Below, piece after piece: positions 42,335 to 51,428 of a stretch of 64,000 nt of DNA; the first letter of the stretch is position 1; each line of letters opens with the position of its first letter. The stretch comes from Candidatus Hydrogenedentota bacterium (GTDB taxonomy: Bacteria > Hydrogenedentota > Hydrogenedentia > Hydrogenedentales > SLHB01), in assembly GCA_963745075.1 (NCBI GenBank), contig CAVUWV010000024.1:416001-480000 (forward strand), in the 5' to 3' direction. The notes beneath the pieces were generated by a model, which ran no database searches, was not told the DNA's origin, and saw nothing but the letters and a program-made list of their open reading frames with translations. The position numbers and the translations under genes are program-made.

Positions 42335-43069
42335 ATGGCATTGGTACACGAAAGCGAGAATCTAGACCGGCTGAACACGTTGGGTCCGGAGGAACTGATC
42401 GCTTGGGCGGCCGCCGAATTTGGCGACCGCGCCGGGATCATTACCAGCTTCCAGAATACCGGCTGCGTCATGGTCGACATGGCCAGCCGCGTTGCGCCCG
42501 CCACGCGTGTGCTTACCGTGGACACGCTACGCCTGCCCGACGAGACCTATGCTTTCATGGACACTATCGAGAATCGGTATCGCATCGAGATCGAGCGGTT
42601 CAGACCCGATCCCGAGCGCGTCGAACGGATGATCGACCAGCACGGCGAGTATCTTTTTTTTGACAGCAAGCCCAAGCAGGAATACTGCTGCCGAGTCCGG
42701 AAAGTCGAGCCAAATCAACGCGCTCTGGCGACGGTAGATGTATGGATTACCGGACTCCGTCACGACCAGTCCGAGGCCCGGAAAGAGACCCCGAAGGCCT
42801 CCGTCATCATGCAGGGCGACCACCGTATCATCAAGCTGGCGCCGTTGGTTGACTGGACGGAAGACCAAGTGCGCCAGTACATCGCAGACCACGACGTACC
42901 GTACAGCCCCTTGTATGATATGGGTTACACGAGCATCGGGTGCAAAATCTGCACCACCCCGACCAAGCCATGGGAAGACAAGCGGGCCGGCCGTTGGCGC
43001 TGGTTCAACCAGTCGCAAGACGGGAGTCACAAGGAATGCGGCATCCACCTTGGCGGCAGTGGGATCTAG
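42335..43069 (+). CDS. cysH: PAPS/APS reductase
   Basis: CCRVRKVEP, WITGLRHDQS, GYTSIGCKICT, RAGRW, KECGIH; CC/CxxC indicates the Fe-S APS-reductase type. Confidence 0.95.
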   Translation: MALVHESENLDRLNTLGPEELIAWAAAEFGDRAGIITSFQNTGCVMVDMASRVAPATRVLTVDTLRLPDETYAFMDTIENRYRIEIERFRPDPERVERMIDQHGEYLFFDSKPKQEYCCRVRKVEPNQRALATVDVWITGLRHDQSEARKETPKASVIMQGDHRIIKLAPLVDWTEDQVRQYIADHDVPYSPLYDMGYTSIGCKICTTPTKPWEDKRAGRWRWFNQSQDGSHKECGIHLGGSGI

Positions 43070-43139
43070 TTGCGCGAGGTTGTATCGTAACGGCGTTACA
43101 GACCGTTACGGTCTGTAACAGGTTTTTACGATCTACGTA

Positions 43140-43182
43140 TACGTCCCGGGTATACCGAACCTACCCGGGACGTACTCTTTTC
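43140..43182 (+). terminator. Probable terminator after cysH
   Basis: 13-bp stem TACGTCCCGGGTA/TACCCGGGACGTA followed by CTCTTTTC. Confidence 0.6.
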
Positions 43183-43343
43183 AACGCTAGTCCGCGGTAG
43201 GGCGCAGCAGGCCAATCGCTTACACGAGCGTGGCCGACCGTCTTCCCCGTTTGGCACCATTCCTGTTACTGTCTCTCCTCTACGGATGGCTGTGTTCCCT
43301 CGCAAACGTCACTAGGTGTCCGTTACGAAATCGGAGAGAAACC

Positions 43344-43865
43344 ATGAAATGTACAACGTATCGGGAGGCCATTGCGCGATATGGGGACGTGGACGTGCCG
43401 AGTTGCACGTGGCGGGGCGAAGCGCAGTGGATGGTTCTCTTCGATGTTCCGCAGGACATTGCCTCTTCGTGGATCAACGCGGCATCGGGACGCGGCATGC
43501 CGACCCGGCGCATTTACTGCAATCAGGACTTGGTGGGCCCCTTGCGTCGAGCCTTGGAGAACATCCGCAACGCCGGCTTGACCGCTGAACTCAAGACCTT
43601 CGACGGCTGCTTCGACATACGGCTTGTCGGGCGTGGTTCCGGAAAGGTTTCCACGCATGCGTACGGACTGGCAATCGACATCAATGCGGCCGAGAATCCC
43701 CAAGGGGCGCCGCCCACGCTCTCCCTCGAATTGGTTCACTGCTGGGAAGACGCCGGTTTCGATTGGGGTGGACGATTCCAGCGATCGGATGGGATGCACT
43801 TCTCCTACGCCTGGGAAACGACCCACAATCCGGTGTTTGACAAAGCGGTTCGCCAGCGCGTATAG
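43344..43865 (+). CDS. M15-family zinc peptidase (peptidoglycan hydrolase)
   Basis: STHAYGLAIDIN, WGGRF..DGMHF. Confidence 0.85.
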   Translation: MKCTTYREAIARYGDVDVPSCTWRGEAQWMVLFDVPQDIASSWINAASGRGMPTRRIYCNQDLVGPLRRALENIRNAGLTAELKTFDGCFDIRLVGRGSGKVSTHAYGLAIDINAAENPQGAPPTLSLELVHCWEDAGFDWGGRFQRSDGMHFSYAWETTHNPVFDKAVRQRV

Positions 43866-43967
43866 CCTTGCCTCAGCGCGTTGAACGATTGCAACAGCAG
43901 GTGCCAGATAGTTAACATCCGCTGTCGCCGTGTAACATGTGCCGAGTAAATCCAAGAGGAACCTCCC

Positions 43968-44792
43968 GTGAGCCGTCCAGTCCTGCGATTATTCGATGGG
44001 TTCGATCACACCAACCCGGAGCTTCGCGACGAGGTTCGCGAACTTCAAGAACTCCTGACCCAAGCCGGATACGAACTGAATGCCGACGGTCTCTTCGGCC
44101 GCGAAACCGAGATGATGGTCAAACGGCTGCAACGGGATCGCGGCCTCGATGATGACGGCATCGTCGCGAACAGATCGTGGGCCGCGTTGCTCGACACGGG
44201 CGTTCCCGAGGTCGGTGATAGTCTCGACACCAGCTATCCCCGCGACCATGCCCCGCTGAATCCCCAGCTTGAACTGGTGGATACGTACCGCACCTGGATC
44301 GAAGAAGGTGCGCAACGCACCGGGGTCCGACCGGCCATCATCTGCGGTATCGGATCCCGCGAATCCGACTGGGGGCTGGGCCTGACGCCGGCCGGACCCA
44401 CGGGCACCGGAGATAGGAATCCCCGATCAAAGTCGAAACCGTTCCGGACGGGACCGTTGCCGCCGGATGGGGGAGGGTTTGGGCGCGGTCTGATGCAGAT
44501 CGATTTCGACGCCCACGAATTCGCGCGTACCGGTCCCTGGCACCAGCCCGAGGCCAATATCTATTACGGCTGCATGGTGTTGAAGGGTTCCCTGAGCGTG
44601 ATTCGCCGACGCACCGATCTGGAGGGGGTGCCGCAGTTGCGGGCGGGCATCGCCGGGTACAACTGCGGCGCGGGCAATGTCCTGAAGGCGCTCGAACAAG
44701 GGCGCGATGTCGACTACTATACCGCGCATCGGGACTACTCGCGCGAAGTGCTGAATCGCGCCGGCTGGTTCCACCTGCACGGCTGGGCCTGA
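43968..44792 (+). CDS. Peptidoglycan-binding domain + goose-type lysozyme (GH23)
   Basis: VRELQELL...DGLFG...DGIV; GIGSRES, GRGLMQID, AGYNCG, DYSREVLNRA. Confidence 0.85.
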   Translation: MSRPVLRLFDGFDHTNPELRDEVRELQELLTQAGYELNADGLFGRETEMMVKRLQRDRGLDDDGIVANRSWAALLDTGVPEVGDSLDTSYPRDHAPLNPQLELVDTYRTWIEEGAQRTGVRPAIICGIGSRESDWGLGLTPAGPTGTGDRNPRSKSKPFRTGPLPPDGGGFGRGLMQIDFDAHEFARTGPWHQPEANIYYGCMVLKGSLSVIRRRTDLEGVPQLRAGIAGYNCGAGNVLKALEQGRDVDYYTAHRDYSREVLNRAGWFHLHGWA

Positions 44793-44795
44793 GAT

Positions 44796-45737
44796 TCAGG
44801 AATCCGTGTAGTCCGACCGCCGGTCCCGCCGCCGCGCGAGTTCGCTCGCATAACGATAGCCGAGGGTGGAAGCGTATTCCGTTGCCCAGTCGGTCAGGCG
44901 GGTTTGGCCTGCCGGAGGCGATTCCACGTAGAGCAATCCCTCCATGAGCCCTTGAATCTCTTCGCGCGTGATGACGACATCATGAAGCAGTTTGCCCATC
45001 ATCCAGCCGGATGCATAGCCCAAAGCCGGGGGCATAGACAGGATGGGACGTTCTTTGCCGATGATCTTGCCCACCGTCCGGACCAGTTCGCGGAACGTGA
45101 ACGTCTCCGGACCAATCGCATCGATGACGGCATCTTCATTTGCTGCTCCTTGTTGCACCGCGAGCGCGGCCAGGTCGTCAACGTAGATCGGCTGTAGTTT
45201 GTATTTGCCGTCACCGAACACGCCGAACACGGGAAAGCGGCGCAGTATCCAGGCGATGTTGTTGATGAGAATGTCTTCCTTCCCGAACAACACCGTGGGT
45301 CGCAGGATCGCGTACGACATCCCCGATTCCTTCAAGGCCCGCTCCAGCCGAGCCTTTCCGATGAAGTACTCGAGCGGGGAATCCTCCGACGGATTCGTGA
45401 TGCTGATATGCACGATGCGGCGTACCCCAGCGCCCTTGGCCGCATCGAAGAGGGTCAGCGTATTCTCCACCGCGTCGGCGTGCGTAAAGCTCTTGTGATT
45501 GAACCGCACCCAATAGGTGTTGTAGAGCACGTCAACGCCCTGCAGTGACTTCGCGAGTCGATCGGGTTCATCGAAGTGAAAGGGGAACGGCCGAACGTCT
45601 TTCCCGAATGGATTCCGGCGGTCCAACGAATTGGTCAACGTGATAACCGGAACGCCGCGCGCGAGCAAACGCTTGGCAATATACTTGCCCGAGTACCCGA
45701 AGGCGCCAGTCACCGCATGTATCCCGCTATCGTTCAT
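44796..45737 (-). CDS. NAD(P)-binding epimerase/NDUFA9-like protein
   Basis: VTGAFGYSG, ILRPTVLFG, QPIYVDDLA. Confidence 0.88.
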   Translation of the reverse strand: MNDSGIHAVTGAFGYSGKYIAKRLLARGVPVITLTNSLDRRNPFGKDVRPFPFHFDEPDRLAKSLQGVDVLYNTYWVRFNHKSFTHADAVENTLTLFDAAKGAGVRRIVHISITNPSEDSPLEYFIGKARLERALKESGMSYAILRPTVLFGKEDILINNIAWILRRFPVFGVFGDGKYKLQPIYVDDLAALAVQQGAANEDAVIDAIGPETFTFRELVRTVGKIIGKERPILSMPPALGYASGWMMGKLLHDVVITREEIQGLMEGLLYVESPPAGQTRLTDWATEYASTLGYRYASELARRRDRRSDYTDS

Positions 45738-45749
45738 ATGGTGATTCCG

Positions 45750-46900
45750 CTATGGCTTCTCCGCGGCGCGCAGGGAGGACGGCATCGCCGGCACCGGAAT
45801 CCGTTCGCCCGTGTCGGTCACCTTCTCACCATCCACCCGGTAAAGCCAGAGTTCACGAAGCGGGTGGCATTGAACGATGATGTATTTGCCATCCGGCGAG
45901 AAGGCTACGCCCTCTGGAATAGGCCCGGTCGGCAAGGATCTGAACCTTTTCAAAGGTCGAACCGCGCCGCGCGAGAATGGCCAATTGTCCTCCGTCTGCG
46001 TGCAGGGGATTGTCTGGGGGGATATTCGAACCAGCCATGAGCACGACCGCGACCAGTCGACTGTCGGGACTGATCTCCATGGACTCCGGATTCGAGCCGA
46101 AAGGCACGTAGTCGGTCGTATGCGGCGGGTCGGCCTTCAAATCTACGACCGTCAGCGCGTCGGTATCTGGATATCCCTGGCCCGAACCGGCGGTCAGCGC
46201 GAACTTGCCGTCCGGGCTGATTACGCAACGGTACGGATTGCCGCACACCGAGAACTTGGTGTCCGTCGTGACGAGCTTGCCATTCTCGATCTTCAACAAC
46301 GCGAGATAGCCGCCCCCGTTGATACTGGCGATCGCCAAGGTCCCATCCGGACTGATGGAGACATCCGACACTTCGTCTTTCGGGATCGCAGACCTTGACC
46401 GTTTGTTCGACGGCGACTTTCTTACCGTTGATGGACAGTTTGGAGATGGTTCCCGCAGCGCGGTTCGCCACCAGCGCGAAACTTCCGTCCCGCGCGATGG
46501 ACATGCCCGAGGGTTGCGGGTCGGTCTTTATGTCTTCAATCACCTTGGGCGGATTGGCCGTGAGGTCGAGCACGTGAACGATATTGTCGGGAATCCATTG
46601 CCCAGGCTTGTCCGGGTCGGGCAGCGTTGAACTCGCGATGAGCGCGAGCTTTTCGTCCGGCGTAATGGCGATATTCGACGGCGGTCCGATCACGCTGTTC
46701 CGCACGTTCGCCACGTTCGTTACCTTCGGCGGAAAGGTGGAGAAATCCAGAATCGTCAGCGAATCCGGCGGTGCGTCCGGCAACACCACGGCCGTGCCGC
46801 TGCTGAGGTCGATTTTGGCTTCATTCCCGGAGATGACGATTTGACCGTTTGCGGCCAGCGCTATTAAAGCGGCGATCAAAATGGTTCCCGCGATTCTCAT
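45750..46900 (-). CDS. YncE-like beta-propeller protein (two frameshifts)
   Basis: Repeats IAITPDE, SISPDG, ISPDGK, FSPDGK across three frames; signal peptide. Confidence 0.75.
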
Positions 46901-47069
46901 GACTGCTCCCTCAGGGTTGTAACTTGTCGGATTTAATCTAATTGACGAATCATAGCGCATAAAACCGGTGTCAACAACTCCGATTGGATTCTGATGGTCC
47001 AATTACGGCGAAGGGCCAGATGCTGTTGCCGGATTGCCGGGGCATTGAGTCCCGGATAATGGAGAAAAG

Positions 47070-47226
47070 ACCACAGCCGAGGGCGGCTGTGCCACACGCC
47101 TACCTGATAAGACCAAATCCCTGTTCCCCCGTCGCAGGTTCGGCCCGTTTCAGAGACATCGACGGGGATTCCCAAAAACCGAGTAATCACCAAGCGAGTG
47201 TGGCACAGCCGCCCTCGGCTGTGGTC
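47070..47226. repeat. REP doublet CCACAGCCGAGGGCGGCTGTGCCAC / GTGGCACAGCCGCCCTCGGCTGTGG
   Basis: Perfect inverted copies ~105 bp apart. Confidence 0.85.
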
Positions 47227-47227
47227 T

Positions 47228-48106
47228 TTACTGCCGGATGACTGCCAGCAGCATCACGGCAACATAAAGACTGCTCGCGCCCAATTGCCGCAGGCCTAAC
47301 TGCGTGGGCTTGACGCCCGCCGGAGGCCGGATGGTCGCGTGCACGATATCCGCGACCGGCACCAGATACGCCGCCGCGACCAGCCAGGGCACCAACCCGG
47401 CCAAGGCAGTAATACCGGCAACCAGCAAGCACGCTCCGGCCAAAGGAATCGTCGTCGCCAGAACCGTCCGGGCATGCTCCACGTCGCCGAGCATTTTGGT
47501 GCGCCGGAGTTCCAGGATTTTGGATACGTGCACGACCGTCGTCACGGAGTGAAGTGTCACCAATACCCAGAGGATCCACGGTTCGGCGATGCCGGTGCCG
47601 CCGCAGGTCCAGTAGGCAGCTGGGAGCGCGAGGGCCAGCACCGCGGCCGTCGCGTATTCCATCCCCCGCTGGTGCCGTTCACTCTTGCGGCTGACGAGGT
47701 AGAAGTACTGGAGCAGCAACGGCATCGCGACGACACCCAGGAGCAACACCTTCGCGTGGCCAAGGAAGACGAGTCCCGCGGCCCCGATTGCGCAGAACAT
47801 GCCGTACAAACAGGTCCAGAACAACGCGGGGGGGAGGTCCGACCGTGGGCGTAGTCCGCTGAGCACCTTGACCGCCAAGGTCAAGGGTTGGCGCATCAGA
47901 TACGCCGCCAGTGCCGTAACAATCAGCACCAGCAAGTCTACGCGCAAAACGCCACCCGCCGCCGCGCCGATCAACAACGGCCCAATCCACCACACCCACG
48001 CGCCATGCTCCGGCGGGATAGCGTAATGTTTGCGCAAAACGCGGCGGAAGCCGCTTGGTCTACGAACGGGTCCGTCCCGTTTCGTTTTGTCGCGTTCGTT
48101 TGTCAA
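47228..48106 (-). CDS. YwiC-like membrane protein
   Basis: IPPEHGAW N-terminal motif, many TMs, LGLRQ tail. Confidence 0.78.
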   Translation of the reverse strand: MTNERDKTKRDGPVRRPSGFRRVLRKHYAIPPEHGAWVWWIGPLLIGAAAGGVLRVDLLVLIVTALAAYLMRQPLTLAVKVLSGLRPRSDLPPALFWTCLYGMFCAIGAAGLVFLGHAKVLLLGVVAMPLLLQYFYLVSRKSERHQRGMEYATAAVLALALPAAYWTCGGTGIAEPWILWVLVTLHSVTTVVHVSKILELRRTKMLGDVEHARTVLATTIPLAGACLLVAGITALAGLVPWLVAAAYLVPVADIVHATIRPPAGVKPTQLGLRQLGASSLYVAVMLLAVIRQ

Positions 48107-48118
48107 CGTTGCGCGTCG

Positions 48119-49537
48119 CTACTTGTTTTGTCCCGACGTAAACGCCAAATCGTCGAAATAGACGTCCACGCAATGTCCGCCCTGGTTGTAACTCAGTACA
48201 CCGAACCGATCGAAGGTGGCGCCACCCTCACGTATACCGGGGGGCAGGTCCATGGCCGCTTGCTGACCGTCGAGCGTGGCAATGATTTGGCCTTGGCCGT
48301 TGTTGGCTTTGGGATCGTAGGTGAGCGTCCAGGTGTGGGGCGTGCTGTCCGCGTGAATGACGGGACCTTCGTTCATCGTTGCGCCGGCACCCTTGGCATT
48401 GGCGAAGGAGGGCCGGAAGTAGTGGCCGATCCGGCTGGGGCCTTCGATAAACACGCCGAGGAAGTTCGAGGGCGGCGTGCCGATGGGCGTTTGACTGTTG
48501 TACCAACCAATGAGGACGCCGCTGTCGGCCGACCCGAGTTCCAGGTCGACTTTGCCGGACGCGTGGAGTTCGTCATCCAGGTTTAGCGGTTGAACCGGCG
48601 TGCCGTACCAGAGCGAGTTCTCGGGACGGTTGTTCTCGATGCGCCAAACGATCCCGCCGATCTCGCCGGGTTTGCCGCCGGCGTGGTTCGTCTCGCGAAA
48701 TCCGAAATCGTGATAGGGACGCACGCCGCGGTCCACAAACGTCAGTTCATTGTTCTCTCCTTCCCATTGCGGGTCGTCGTTGAACGCGTAGGTTTCGCCG
48801 TTGACGACGAGATCGTCGAACCAGACCTCCATACCGTCACCGGAGATCTGCTGGTTGAACACACCGAAGCGGTCGAAGATGGCGCCGTCTTCCTTGTGAC
48901 CCTCGGCAAGCGCGGCACGATACTCGACGCCGTCGAGTGTAAAGACCATTTCGCCGCGGCCGTCCGCGCCGTCCGGGTTGTACTCGAAGGTATACGTGTG
49001 CGGCGTGCCGTCCGCCTTGTGCATGGGCGTCTTCGTGGTTTGATACCGGCCCTCGAAGGTGGTCCCGTCACCGGTCATCCAGTGCTGCGTCCCGTACTCG
49101 AAAAAGATGCGAAACGCATTGCTCTCGCCGTCGATCCGGACCGCCAGCGAATTCGGCGTGCGCCACCCGCGCGACGCGCTGTTGAACCACCCGATCAACA
49201 CGCCGCTGCCGCCTTCGGAATGGGTGACCGCAAACTCCCCGGACACGTTTAAATGGTCGTTCAGCGTCTTGGTTTCGGTAGGCAACGCGTAAAAACACGG
49301 CGTCAACGAACGGAAGATCGTTCCACCGATTTCGCCCGGTTCACCGCCCGCATGGTTCGACTCCTGAAAGCGAAAGTCCTGCGTTTTCTCCTTCCCGGCA
49401 TCCGGCGGCGGCACGTTGTTATGTCCTTCCCACCCGGGATCGCGGTCGAAGGACTCATGCATCAGGACGGGCGCGGCCCATCCGCTCAGCGGGACCGCCA
49501 GAAGCATCAAACCCATCCATTTGAATACCGTATTCAT
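48119..49537 (-). CDS. Hypothetical secreted protein with internal duplication
   Basis: Signal peptide; two copies of NHAGG.PGEIGG...GVLIGW...FDRFGV. Confidence 0.8.
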   Translation of the reverse strand: MNTVFKWMGLMLLAVPLSGWAAPVLMHESFDRDPGWEGHNNVPPPDAGKEKTQDFRFQESNHAGGEPGEIGGTIFRSLTPCFYALPTETKTLNDHLNVSGEFAVTHSEGGSGVLIGWFNSASRGWRTPNSLAVRIDGESNAFRIFFEYGTQHWMTGDGTTFEGRYQTTKTPMHKADGTPHTYTFEYNPDGADGRGEMVFTLDGVEYRAALAEGHKEDGAIFDRFGVFNQQISGDGMEVWFDDLVVNGETYAFNDDPQWEGENNELTFVDRGVRPYHDFGFRETNHAGGKPGEIGGIVWRIENNRPENSLWYGTPVQPLNLDDELHASGKVDLELGSADSGVLIGWYNSQTPIGTPPSNFLGVFIEGPSRIGHYFRPSFANAKGAGATMNEGPVIHADSTPHTWTLTYDPKANNGQGQIIATLDGQQAAMDLPPGIREGGATFDRFGVLSYNQGGHCVDVYFDDLAFTSGQNK

Positions 49538-49720
49538 ATGCCACACCTTCTAATCTTTGCCACCGTATTCCGCCTACCTTAGACGATTGCCTCGCGCTAG
49601 TGCCAGCCGTGGCGGCCAACCTCGGAGTTGGCGTCATGCGATGTGAATTACGCTCTTGGCATCCATTTCCGGTCATTTTCGGATGCGCCGCACCGCGATC
49701 ACTGTCCCGGGACCGTTCAC

Positions 49721-49757
49721 GTCAACGGTTGACAACGCGCGCGCGGCGTATTAGTAT
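49721..49757 (+). promoter_or_regulatory. Sigma70 promoter TTGACA-N17-TAGTAT with GTCAAC-G-GTTGAC dyad
   Basis: Direct motif match. Confidence 0.6.
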
Positions 49758-49966
49758 TTAATCGTGAATGCAATCACGATTGAATCCTGGCGCTTGGGGG
49801 AGGACCCAACCGAAGTGTGTTGGTTGTGCCACGGGGGGGACGATCGCGTGTGAGCGTTAGCCGAGATCCTAGCGCGGGGCCGCGGTGGTGTGGTGTCTTT
49901 CTGAATCCAACGCTCCGCGCGTCGACGCCATACCGAATCATTACGCCCTCAAGCCATAGTCCGAGC

Positions 49967-51291
49967 CAGGGCAATCGCATTAAAAGTCATACCTGCATGA
50001 GGAGTTCCTCGAGGTAGTCGTTGTTCCATGCGGCTTGCTTTCGTTTTCCCTTTACGCCGCGTTTACTGGACTTGTTTCTCTTGACGGTGTTGAGGGCAAT
50101 CTTGCGGATGGTGTTCATGTTTTCGGCGGCGTGTCCGATTCGTATTCGGGACTGGTCTTCGTTGAAGGCCACGTCGAGCACCCAATGCAGGCTGTTCTCG
50201 ATGCCCCAGTGGCTTCGGATGCTTTGTGCAATGGTGGCCACATCCTCATCCTTGGCGCTGGTGATGAAGTAGCGGTCTTCGACGGACGTGTCTGCCTTAA
50301 GGGTCCGTGTGGCGCGGCACATCACCATGCCACGCAATCCAGGCCATTTGTCGGCCGTGCCCAGACCCGCGATGTCCTGGGTATACCAGTACTGGCGCTG
50401 CTCGATGCGCCCGTGCCCCTTGTCCAGCGTCTCGTGGTAGTGGTGCTCCATGTGGGCGAAGCCGTCGGCCATGGCGTGCTTGAATTCCATTTCGACGTCC
50501 TCGGCCAGGGTCTCCTGGTTGCCTTTTACGGCCAGCAAGTAGTCGGCGTGGGCGTCGATGATGGTCTTGGCGATCCCGCGCTGACATCCCATCGCGTCGA
50601 TGGTGACCAGACAGCCCTTCAGGTCCAACTGGCGTACGAGTTCGGGAATGGCGGTGATCTCGTTGGACTTCTCGTCCACCGTAACCTGCCCCAAGGCCAA
50701 GGAAGATTCGCGTGCCCACGCGCTCACTACATGGATGGCCTTCTTTCCCCTGCCCTGGTCATGGGAACGCCGGGCCGTCTTGCCGTCGATGGCTACTAGG
50801 CCCCGGACCCGCCCCTGAATGGCTTTCACCCACTCCCGGAAGGCTTCCTCGAATTGGTCGGGGTCCAGCAAGCTGAAGACCCGGCCAAAGGTGTCGTGAG
50901 AGGGGATACCATTGGGGAGCTTGAGGAAGGTGCGCAGCCAATCCTGCTTGGCGTGGCCGAAGTCGGCGATCTCCGTCCAGCTATCGGCGCCGGCGATGGC
51001 GGCACAGACGGCGATGGCCATGATGTCGAGCAAGCTATGCTGCTTCTTGCGGTCCAAGCGGGGGTCCTCGACGCGCCCGAAACACGAAATGAATACGCTG
51101 CCATTTTCCGTCATTGGGTTCAATCTCCCTCGTGGTTTGGTTTCCGGGGAGAGGATATGTTTTCAGATAGTTATATATCAAACTACTATTACTTCGCAGA
51201 TCGATCCCTCCTGGGAATTCAAGCGGAATACACGGGGTCACGGACGCGGAGGTGTAGCTAGCGGCGCAGAACTTTTAATGCGATTGCCCTA
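49967..51291 (-). mobile_element. ISAs1-family insertion sequence, complete
   Basis: 21-bp IRs CAGGGCAATCGCATTAAAAGT (20/21 match); 10-bp TSD TAGTCCGAGC at 49957-66 and 51292-301. Confidence 0.96.
49987..51114 (-). CDS. ISAs1-family transposase
   Basis: GIPSHDTF, AIDGK, KSNEITAIP, TIDAMGCQ, VKGNQ, HWGIENSLHWVLDV. Confidence 0.97.
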   Translation of the reverse strand: MTENGSVFISCFGRVEDPRLDRKKQHSLLDIMAIAVCAAIAGADSWTEIADFGHAKQDWLRTFLKLPNGIPSHDTFGRVFSLLDPDQFEEAFREWVKAIQGRVRGLVAIDGKTARRSHDQGRGKKAIHVVSAWARESSLALGQVTVDEKSNEITAIPELVRQLDLKGCLVTIDAMGCQRGIAKTIIDAHADYLLAVKGNQETLAEDVEMEFKHAMADGFAHMEHHYHETLDKGHGRIEQRQYWYTQDIAGLGTADKWPGLRGMVMCRATRTLKADTSVEDRYFITSAKDEDVATIAQSIRSHWGIENSLHWVLDVAFNEDQSRIRIGHAAENMNTIRKIALNTVKRNKSSKRGVKGKRKQAAWNNDYLEELLMQV

Positions 51292-51428
51292 TAGTCCGAG
51301 CGAGATGCCGTTGTACTTGCTTTGATCGTCACCACGCGTATGCGGAGTCTTGCGTCTGGTCCATTTTGTTGTTGTTCGCGATCGGGCGCATCACCGTCCT
51401 GCGTGGACCACGGTAGGGAGGGGTCAAC

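Noticed and set aside
32768..44792. Intact prophage
   Set aside because: No integrase, portal, capsid, tail or att sites seen; cysI-cysH interrupt the region.
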